A DNA stretch of 64,000 nt from Vulcanimicrobiota bacterium (lineage in GTDB: Bacteria; Vulcanimicrobiota; Xenobia; Xenobiales; JADMJV01): contig JBFWNU010000007.1 of NCBI GenBank assembly GCA_050250895.1, forward strand, positions 352,001-416,000, given 5' to 3'. This document shows, one piece after another, positions 56,684-64,000 of the stretch. The position numbers and the translations under genes are program-made. Every line of letters begins with the position of its first letter. The stretch's first letter is position 1. The notes under the pieces were generated by a model. That model was given only the letters and a program-made list of their open reading frames with translations. It did no database searches and was not told where the DNA came from.

Positions 56684-57405
56684 GTGGCCCCTTCCAGCTG
56701 TTTGGGCCATCCCACGTGGGCGCCCTGCTGCTGACAGGAGTGGGCTGCGCTATAGCCTTTCAGGCGAGTCGGGGAGAGCAGGCCGAGGCGGTGCGCAAGG
56801 CGAGCGGCATCGGCTTTTTTCTCTTTCTGGCGGTCATCTATGGAGAGCGGTTCTGGTCGGGGTTCCAGCCAGGTTTGGATCTGCCTCTGCAGGTTTGCGA
56901 TGTGGTCTTTCTGGTCTGTTTGGTCGGGTTTTGGCGGGCCTGGCCGGGGAGCCTTGATCTGGTCTATTTCTGGGGACTGGCGGGAACGATGCAGGCCTTG
57001 CTCACGCCGGATGTTCCCCACGGCTTTCCCTCGCGGGAGTTTTGTCTGTTCTTCGCGGGACACGGCCTGATCTTGCTGGGCTTGACGGTCCTTCTGACCA
57101 GTCGCGGTTACCGAGCCGAACGGGCCGGGCCCTGGCGGGCCTGGTTGGCTCTGGTGGGGTATACGGTCCTGGTGGGTAGCCTGGATTTGGCCACCGGTTG
57201 GAACTATGGCTACCTACTGCGTAAGCCCCAGCAAGCCACTTTGCTCGACCATTTGGGCGGGTGGCCGTTTTATGTGGTGGTGGGTTTGCTAGTTGCCCTG
57301 ATGCTGTTTCTTTTGTTATATTTGCCGTGGGTGGTGTTCGGCAGGACCCCCAACGTCTCGCCAGAACTGACCCCGACGCCGTCTCACCACAAAAAGCGCA
57401 GTTAG
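56680..57405 (+). CDS. YwaF/TIGR02206-like integral membrane protein
   Basis: FG..H, LPLQVC, QALLTPD, FF..H, NYGYL..KP, LLD.LG.WP.Y. Confidence 0.85.
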   Translation: MSGPFQLFGPSHVGALLLTGVGCAIAFQASRGEQAEAVRKASGIGFFLFLAVIYGERFWSGFQPGLDLPLQVCDVVFLVCLVGFWRAWPGSLDLVYFWGLAGTMQALLTPDVPHGFPSREFCLFFAGHGLILLGLTVLLTSRGYRAERAGPWRAWLALVGYTVLVGSLDLATGWNYGYLLRKPQQATLLDHLGGWPFYVVVGLLVALMLFLLLYLPWVVFGRTPNVSPELTPTPSHHKKRS

Positions 57406-57408
57406 AGG

Positions 57409-57987
57409 ATGTCCATGCAAACGATTGAAAGATTTTTAAGCGATCTCGACGGAAAACTCTGTGGGGTGTGCGATTGCCAGCGGGCGGTAGAACAGACCGC
57501 TAGCATTTTAGAGCGCTACACCGCCGAGCATTTTCCGCTGCCTGATCGCCTGACCACACTGGGCAGCAGCAAATACGCTCGTCATCTCGTCTATCACAGC
57601 CCCGACTGTGGTTGTTGCGTGGTGGCTATGGTGTGGGGTCCGGGGCAGGGCACGCCCGTGCACGACCACGCCGGTACGTGGTGCGTGGAAGGCTGCGTCC
57701 AGGGACGGTTGCGGATCACCAACTATCGGCTCGACGAAGAATTGGCCAACGACCGGGTGCGCATGACCCGCCAGGAGAGTATCGAAGTGCGTCCTGGAGC
57801 GGTGGGTAGTCTGATCCCGCCTTTCGAACACCACACCATCGAAAACCCCTTTGATGAACCCGCCATCACCCTGCATGTCTACGGCAAGGAACTTGACGTC
57901 TGCACCCGCTTCGTGGAAGAAGAGCCGGGCATTTATCGGGTAGAGCGGGTCAACATGGCCTACTGCTCGGTGCCCGCTTCAGCCTGA
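57409..57987 (+). CDS. Cysteine dioxygenase family cupin
   Basis: YARHL, W.PGQGTPVHDH, H.IEN, TLHVY. Confidence 0.88.
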   Translation: MSMQTIERFLSDLDGKLCGVCDCQRAVEQTASILERYTAEHFPLPDRLTTLGSSKYARHLVYHSPDCGCCVVAMVWGPGQGTPVHDHAGTWCVEGCVQGRLRITNYRLDEELANDRVRMTRQESIEVRPGAVGSLIPPFEHHTIENPFDEPAITLHVYGKELDVCTRFVEEEPGIYRVERVNMAYCSVPASA

Positions 57988-59222
57988 GAACGCTCGAGTT
58001 CTTGGGTTACTGAAGGCACCACATCTTCCAGTTTCTGGGTGAGGCTCTTCTTGTCGGGAGTCTTCTTGCCCATCTTCTTGAGCGCATCGAAAATCTTCGA
58101 CTGTGCCTCTTTGGTATAGGAGCGCAAGTCTTTTCGGCTGGGTTTCTTGCCGGTCTCGAACCAGCGCATGCAGGCGTAGCCAATGGCCAGCGTAGCCGAG
58201 CCGGCCACGCTGGCCGACACCAGCCAGCCGGGTGCTCCGGCCACCTTGGAGAGCTCTTGAAAAGCCAATCGGGCCAACCAGCCGGCCCCGAAGGTGGTCA
58301 CTAACTCGAAGGCGCGAGAGGCGTTGAGAGGCCTTCCGTAGATACGGGCCAGGGTCACGACCATGGAAACCTGGACCCCGGTCAAAGGCACGATGTCCAT
58401 CAGCGGGATCGGCGTGAGAGCCACCACCGTGGCCGCCACTACCGAACGGCGCACGCATTGCCAGCCGAGCTTTCGGCGTAGCGGGGTCATCAACTCTCCG
58501 AGTTGACCCAGCAAGCGTGGCTCGGCGGCGGCGATTTCGAGCACCAACCGCTCGGTTCCCCGACCTTTATGGGCCGAAGCCGGAATGACCGACTCGGGGG
58601 TCAAGCCCAGCACGCGGGCGGCCGCTTCTCGGACTCGGTCACGATCCTTGGGGCCGACGAGATCGATCTTGTTGAGCACTACCAGGTGCGGCTTCTTGAG
58701 GGCCGCCAGTTCGAGATACAGAGCCCGATCGGAAGCGGTCACACTGCGGGCGGCGTCGAAAACGATGACCAAAAAGTCGGCTTCCTCGGCCGCCTCGAGG
58801 GCTAGATTTCGTTCGTGGGCGCCCTCTTCGCTGCCGTGATCGGCGCCCGGGGTGTCCACCAGCGAGAACAAGCCCAGGTCGGCCACCTGGTTCTGGCGGG
58901 TGGTCCCGGCTACCGGCGAGACCTCTGCCTTGGACTCTTCCAGAGTGACCAGGCTGTTGTAGAGTGTCGACTTTCCCACGTTGACCGGACCAACCACGGC
59001 GACCTTGGACAGGGGTGCCACGGCCGGACCCGCCATGCGCTGCATCACGGTCAACAACTCGTTGGAGCTGGCCGGACTCTTGCCCACCAACTTCGAGAAC
59101 AGGCCTAAGGTAAGCTCCAGTTCGCGGCGCACATCGGGGGGCACACCGCCCCAGATGGAACGAACCAGTTCGCGCGACTCGGGAGGAAACACCTCAAGCA
59201 GAGTTTCGAGTTGACTACTCAT
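57960..59222 (-). CDS. Era-like GTPase fused to a YcjF/DUF697-like domain
   Basis: GPVNVGKST, GTT, DTPG, NKID; C-terminal TPIP..D...L...Q..M...LA..YG. Confidence 0.85.
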   Translation of the reverse strand: MSSQLETLLEVFPPESRELVRSIWGGVPPDVRRELELTLGLFSKLVGKSPASSNELLTVMQRMAGPAVAPLSKVAVVGPVNVGKSTLYNSLVTLEESKAEVSPVAGTTRQNQVADLGLFSLVDTPGADHGSEEGAHERNLALEAAEEADFLVIVFDAARSVTASDRALYLELAALKKPHLVVLNKIDLVGPKDRDRVREAAARVLGLTPESVIPASAHKGRGTERLVLEIAAAEPRLLGQLGELMTPLRRKLGWQCVRRSVVAATVVALTPIPLMDIVPLTGVQVSMVVTLARIYGRPLNASRAFELVTTFGAGWLARLAFQELSKVAGAPGWLVSASVAGSATLAIGYACMRWFETGKKPSRKDLRSYTKEAQSKIFDALKKMGKKTPDKKSLTQKLEDVVPSVTQELERSQAEAGTEQ

Positions 59223-59773
59223 CTCCCATCGTTTTCGGGAACGGGGGGAGCGAGCCTGCCCCATTGGCGCAAGATCTCGAAAAGGATGACGCCGTACGCG
59301 GTAGCCACGTTGATGGTCCGTTTATAGCCCAGCACCGGGATGGATACCTGGTGATGGCACAACTGTAACACCTGGGGATCGATCCCCTCGACTTCATGAC
59401 CGAGCACCAGGGCGACCGGAGTGGGCCAAGCAAACTCGGTATACACTACGGCGTCGTTGGTATTCTCGACAGCCACGATGGGAATGCCCTGGCCGCGTAG
59501 GGATTCTAAGGCTTCGGCGGTGGTGTGATGATAGGTCCAGTCGACGTAATCGAAGGCACCCAGGGCCGTCTTCTCAAGCTTGGGGTTGGGTGGGTGCGCG
59601 CACAGCCCGCATAAATAAAGGTGTTCGACCGCCCCGGCGTCGGAGGTTCGAAATGCCGACCCCACATTGAAGGCACTGCGAAAGTTGTCGAGAACGACGT
59701 GAATAGGATTTCTTTCAATACTCGGCAACTGGTCGGGGGGGATGCCGGCGTAGTGCGGCTCAAGAATCGACAC
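59219..59773 (-). CDS. TrmH/SpoU family RNA methyltransferase
   Basis: LDNFRSAFNVGS.FRT, LVLGHEVEGI, IP..G...TINVA.A. Confidence 0.92.
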   Translation of the reverse strand: MSILEPHYAGIPPDQLPSIERNPIHVVLDNFRSAFNVGSAFRTSDAGAVEHLYLCGLCAHPPNPKLEKTALGAFDYVDWTYHHTTAEALESLRGQGIPIVAVENTNDAVVYTEFAWPTPVALVLGHEVEGIDPQVLQLCHHQVSIPVLGYKRTINVATAYGVILFEILRQWGRLAPPVPENDGR

Positions 59774-59872
59774 CGCTCGGCTTCTACGCTGTCCCGCCGT
59801 TGCCCTCTGGAGGAATCGATTCTAAATCCGAGAAGTTAAAGCCGGCTTATAGGAAGTGTCGAGGTCCCTATC

Positions 59873-60679
59873 ATGTTTGGTTGGTTCAGGAAGTCCGAGG
59901 TTGTCCAATTCGTGAAAATCGAAGGACGAGCTCTCACCTTCAAGTCCGAACGCGGTTATAAACTCAAGGCGCAGCCCACGATTCAAATCGACATCCCCAT
60001 CGCCAGCGGGGGCTCGCAGCGCTTCAAGTTACCGGTCACCATACGGCAGGTTCGCGAGGTCGCCAAGAAGCAGTACATTTGCACGGGCGAAGTCCCGGGT
60101 GCGGCCCAGTCGGTCGAGCAGTTGCGTCAACTTCTCATCGGGCTCGATCCGATGGCGGCCGGCGCCAGCGGCGACGATGAAGACGACTTCGCCAACATGC
60201 GGCGCAGCCCCCGCTACCCCTGGAGCCTGCGCGTGCTCTCCAAGGATCTGGTCGGTTTTCAGGGCGTCTCCATCGACTTCAACAAGCTGGGCGTGAAGAT
60301 CGCCACCGAGGGGCCGGCTGAATTGGGCAGTATCATCACCATGATGCTCGAGATCGAAACGGCCAAGACCAGAGAATTGCTCTGTCAGGGCGAAGTTCGC
60401 TGGTCCAACGAGATCGCTCGCCGACGGTGGGAGGTCGGCATCGAGTTTCGCGACCTCGAGCCCGAGGTGGCTAAAGAACTCGAACAGTTCGAGAAGTTCC
60501 TTGAATCCCGTCAGACCGACAACATCTCCAAGCGGACCATCATCGACTCTACCCTGTATGTCGACGACGCTTTCGGCCCCGGGGTGGACGGTCTTGAAGA
60601 AGAGCCGAGCGAGTCAAACGACGACGCCGAGCAAGAAACTGTCGAAGCTCCCGAAGAAGAAACCTCAACCTCAAGCTGA
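59873..60679 (+). CDS. PilZ domain protein with an acidic tail
   Basis: RRSPR + DFNKLG; GEVRW...VGIEF. Confidence 0.8.
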   Translation: MFGWFRKSEVVQFVKIEGRALTFKSERGYKLKAQPTIQIDIPIASGGSQRFKLPVTIRQVREVAKKQYICTGEVPGAAQSVEQLRQLLIGLDPMAAGASGDDEDDFANMRRSPRYPWSLRVLSKDLVGFQGVSIDFNKLGVKIATEGPAELGSIITMMLEIETAKTRELLCQGEVRWSNEIARRRWEVGIEFRDLEPEVAKELEQFEKFLESRQTDNISKRTIIDSTLYVDDAFGPGVDGLEEEPSESNDDAEQETVEAPEEETSTSS

Positions 60680-61229
60680 GAATCCGGCCGCCTTCCTGGC
60701 TCTGGCCTGTGAGCGAGCCCTGGCGCAGCAGATCTACGCCGTAGAGTTCGCCGTTCTCTTTTCTCATCTCGAGCGCCATGTGCAGGCCCAGCAGTCCTTT
60801 CTGGCCGACTTTGCAACCGAGCCCTCGGTCTTGCAGAAGGCTCGAGAATCGTGGCATCGACTGGGCGAGGTTCTCGACCTGATCCGCAGTTTCGCCGAGA
60901 CGGCCGATCTGGCCGCACTGGATCGTGGCCTGGGGCTGTGTCGCAACCTGGTTTTCGACTTCGACGAACTGTTCGCCAGGGCCCGTCTGGTTGGGGCGGG
61001 CGAGTTGGAAGAACGTCTTTCGGTGCCCGCGCTCGAGCGCGAATGGCAGGAGAAGTGGCAGGCCAGAGTGGCCCGCCAGCATGGTCAAACACGAGCCGAA
61101 TTCCATTGCAAAACCTGCGGTTGGACCTTTGCCTATACCTGCGAGGTGGGCGTTCACGAGGAGCTAGAGCTACCCTTTGAAGAGTTTGACTGCCCTGTCT
61201 GTGAAGTCGAGCCTGGAGTTAACAGCTAG
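60639..61229 (+). CDS. Hypothetical protein with a C-terminal zinc ribbon; start uncertain
   Basis: CKTC...CPVC pair; the upstream part of the ORF overlaps the PilZ gene. Confidence 0.55.
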   Translation: MSKLPKKKPQPQAENPAAFLALACERALAQQIYAVEFAVLFSHLERHVQAQQSFLADFATEPSVLQKARESWHRLGEVLDLIRSFAETADLAALDRGLGLCRNLVFDFDELFARARLVGAGELEERLSVPALEREWQEKWQARVARQHGQTRAEFHCKTCGWTFAYTCEVGVHEELELPFEEFDCPVCEVEPGVNS

Positions 61230-61285
61230 TTTACTTCGTGGTCTGCCTGGTCGGGTATTTTCGCAGCGAAGGAATAGTTACTGCT

Positions 61286-62902
61286 TTGCGGATTTCCCCC
61301 CTGATACCGCTAGCCCGGTCCGCGGTCGCGCCCAAGCCGCACGGTGACCATCCACCCGTGATGGTTGCCCTTGGCGATAGCCTGACGGCCGGCACCCAGG
61401 ACGGCGTGACCCGGCTCGAGCGCCAGCGCATGGTGTATACCCGGCAACTGGCCCAGGCTGCAGGCATCGAGTTCAACATGCCCGAGATCACCTCGCCCGG
61501 GATCCCCTTCGAGATTTTCGGAGAGCCAGGCGTGCAGTTGGGGCCCTTCGGCCGTTTGAAGAAGACGATGCTGACGGCGCTGGCGCCGCTGGCGGCGTGG
61601 GCCTACTATCTGGGCGCACCGCCCTTCCTCTATCCCTCGGTGGTCAGCATCCTGGGTGGGGGAGAACGCACCGTGGAAAGCCGCGACAAGACCCAGCACA
61701 GCTTTGCCATCGCTGGCTTCGAGGCGCGCCATCTGGCCGAGGTGGCCAACCCTCGCGATTTCATGGAGCTGATCCACAATCGCACGGAGACCGTCAATGG
61801 GCTGGCCCAGCAGGTGCCGCTCATCAAAGCCACTCTCCAGAAGGGGGGCGGCCGCACCATCGGCACCGAACTCGAGCAGGCCATCGAGGCCCGTCCCGAT
61901 CTGGCCGTACTCTGGGCCGGCTCCAACGACGCGCTCGAGGCGGCCTTCGCCGGCCGCATCGACGATCGCACGCTGACCCCCATCGAAGACGGTCCCTGGA
62001 GCTTTCGCGACCCCGGCCTGATTCGAGACGGGGCCTGGATGACCACCGATAAAGCCTTGCCGGGCTTCCGCTCGACGATGGTGGGGGAGAAGGGCCTGAT
62101 CACTCGCCTGCTCAACGAGACCGAGGCCGAGGTGATGCTACTCAATGTGCCTGACCCCAGCGTCATTCCCAACCTGATCAAGGTGGGGGGTACGGTCGGT
62201 CGGCTTCCTTATCGGCTGGTGCTGCCAGATGGAACCGACGTGACCCGCGAGCTTGAGGAGATGGTCATTCCCCGGCGCATTCGAGGCGAGGGAAACGGCG
62301 GTCGACGCTTTTTTCCGCCGGGCTCGAAGGTGCCGGTGCTCAACCTGCTGGGCAGCCTCATGGATCAGGGCTCGTTCACCAGTCGCGAGGCCCTCCATCG
62401 CTCGCTGTTCAAAGTGCAGACCGAGGGCATGCTGGGCGAGGATGACGTGCTCGACCCGGAGGAGTCGGCGCGCGTCCAGACCAGAGTCGGGGAGTATAAC
62501 CAGATTCTACGTCGGGCGGCCGAGCAGAATCCCCGAGTGCATCTGGTCGATGTCAACCGGGTGCTAAGCTCTGCCGACCGTGACGGCCGAGACCTGCGAG
62601 GCGCAGGTGCCGATCAGCGCATCACCACCACCTATACCGGCATCGCCGACGGTCGCGGTTACGGGGGCATGTTCAGTTTCGACGGAGTCCACCCCAGCGA
62701 CACCGGCCACGCGGTGGTGGCCAACGTGCTGCTCGATACCATCAAGAGCGAACTGGCCGGCGATCCTCGCTTTGCGGCCTTCATGGCGGCCGAACCCATT
62801 GACGAGAAGGCGGTCTACGCCAACGATCCTCACCAGGATTCACGCCAGGTGCTGGTGCTCGAACGTTCGGCCCTCGATAGTCTCTCTGAAAGCCTGGGCT
62901 AG
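61286..62902 (+). CDS. SGNH/GDSL hydrolase family protein (paralog of 16540-18186)
   Basis: GDSLTAG, WAGSNDAL, DGVHP; TTG start inferred by analogy with the paralog. Confidence 0.85.
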   Translation: MRISPLIPLARSAVAPKPHGDHPPVMVALGDSLTAGTQDGVTRLERQRMVYTRQLAQAAGIEFNMPEITSPGIPFEIFGEPGVQLGPFGRLKKTMLTALAPLAAWAYYLGAPPFLYPSVVSILGGGERTVESRDKTQHSFAIAGFEARHLAEVANPRDFMELIHNRTETVNGLAQQVPLIKATLQKGGGRTIGTELEQAIEARPDLAVLWAGSNDALEAAFAGRIDDRTLTPIEDGPWSFRDPGLIRDGAWMTTDKALPGFRSTMVGEKGLITRLLNETEAEVMLLNVPDPSVIPNLIKVGGTVGRLPYRLVLPDGTDVTRELEEMVIPRRIRGEGNGGRRFFPPGSKVPVLNLLGSLMDQGSFTSREALHRSLFKVQTEGMLGEDDVLDPEESARVQTRVGEYNQILRRAAEQNPRVHLVDVNRVLSSADRDGRDLRGAGADQRITTTYTGIADGRGYGGMFSFDGVHPSDTGHAVVANVLLDTIKSELAGDPRFAAFMAAEPIDEKAVYANDPHQDSRQVLVLERSALDSLSESLG

Positions 62903-63909
62903 AGGTTCATGATGGGGGCCATGATGGCTTTCATCTGGCCGATGACGATGACCCCCACCACGGCGCCCACGAGCAAGAGCAGCAGGATTGGCAGCAAGGT
63001 CATCAGGCGGTGGACCTGAGCCTTGAAGTCGCCCTCGAGATGTTCGGCCGCCTTTGATAGCAGGGGCGAGACGTTGCCCGATTCTTCGCCGCTGACCACC
63101 AGCGTGGTCACCATGGGTGGGAAAAGGGCTCCAAAACCCAACGTAGCCGAGACCGGTTGCCCGATGCCCACGGCCCGGTGGGCCGCCTCGATACGATCGC
63201 CGATGGCTCGATTGCCGCAGGCGCGGGCGGCCAGCGGGATGGCCTGATCGACCTTGAAGCCGGCCTCGTTGAGCTTGGCCATAGCATCTAGAAAGCGGGC
63301 CCGGGCCATCGTGCGGAAGGGGGTGCCCAACACCGGCAGGGCGCAAATGAAGCCGTCAAAGAACTTGCGAAGACCCGAGTTCTGACTGGCCAGCCGATAG
63401 ACCGTAAAGACGAACGCGGCCACGAGGTAGACCGGAATGAGAATCCCCAGAGTCACGGTGAGATAGGCTTCAAGGCCCTTGGTGATCAGCAAGAAGATGG
63501 GTGGAATAAAGACCGCGCAGTGCAGGATCAACAGCGGATAGACCAGCTTCGAGACGATCTGGGTCTTGAGCTGCCAGGAACGCTCGAGGCTCTCGGCCAG
63601 GTCGGACAACTGACCGTCGAGATTGCCGGAGGTCTCGCCGGAGTCGACCATGTGGACTTCGTAGGGGCTGAAGTAGAAGGGGTAGCGCCCCAGCACCTCG
63701 GACAGTCGATGGCCCCTGGAGATAAAGTCTGACATCTCGTTGGCGAGCTTGGGGCAGGTTTGGATGCCAGCCGTCTTGACGGCGCTGTTGATGGGAACGG
63801 CCGAGTGCACCAGCGTTGCCAGCTGGCGGTAGAAGATCGACTTCTGGTTGAGGGGAAAGCCCACCATCACGTCGACGGGAGTGGGAACGGCTTGAGGGAG
63901 CTTGGTCAC
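62899..63909 (-). CDS. Type II secretion system F / PilC family platform protein
   Basis: FYRQLATL...VP, GETSGNLD, K..YP, second GEESG repeat; AAGGAG near the start. Confidence 0.9.
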   Translation of the reverse strand: MTKLPQAVPTPVDVMVGFPLNQKSIFYRQLATLVHSAVPINSAVKTAGIQTCPKLANEMSDFISRGHRLSEVLGRYPFYFSPYEVHMVDSGETSGNLDGQLSDLAESLERSWQLKTQIVSKLVYPLLILHCAVFIPPIFLLITKGLEAYLTVTLGILIPVYLVAAFVFTVYRLASQNSGLRKFFDGFICALPVLGTPFRTMARARFLDAMAKLNEAGFKVDQAIPLAARACGNRAIGDRIEAAHRAVGIGQPVSATLGFGALFPPMVTTLVVSGEESGNVSPLLSKAAEHLEGDFKAQVHRLMTLLPILLLLLVGAVVGVIVIGQMKAIMAPIMNL

Positions 63910-63930
63910 TCCTTTTATTTCGCCCCGCGG

Positions 63931-64000
63931 CTAGGGATTCCCGCCGCCGGCTTCGGCCTTGAGAGTGACCGTCACCAGCTGCTCGGGGTCGAGCCGTTTC
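63931..64000 (-). CDS. 3' end of a CDS truncated by the window edge
   Basis: Open frame ...KRLDPEQLVTVTLKAEAGGGNP* ending just upstream of the pilC-like gene. Confidence 0.4.
   Translation of the reverse strand, partial: KRLDPEQLVTVTLKAEAGGGNP

Overview
A GC-rich, gene-dense bacterial chromosomal window with about 60 CDS. I found no rRNA, tRNA, CRISPR array, integrase or transposase. Recognisable blocks are: an ATP-grasp (PGM1-related) ligase-deaminase-O-methyltransferase run; a lexA-imuA-imuB-dnaE2 SOS mutagenesis cassette; a hybrid histidine kinase; three PilZ proteins; an SF2 helicase; a minor pilin/pseudopilin trio plus a PilC/GspF gene; rplY-pth; a tkt-tal-zwf-opcA-pgl pentose-phosphate operon; and a FecR plus CHASE2-cyclase pair. 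The most notable locus is at 49.3-51.8 kb. There a Tat-signal precursor made of 22 near-perfect Cys-containing hexapeptide repeats ([K/E]GKDGC) sits upstream of a DUF692 (MNIO) enzyme and a DUF2063-type partner, making it a candidate RiPP metallophore system with an unusually extreme precursor. Other candidates are a doubled palindromic LexA operator (CAGACA-N2-TGTCT[G/A]) over the lexA promoter and start, a ~70-nt sRNA or attenuator at 4.26-4.33 kb, a small Cys-cluster protein, and recurrent leaderless-gene architecture. All family assignments come from motif recognition by eye, not from database searches.
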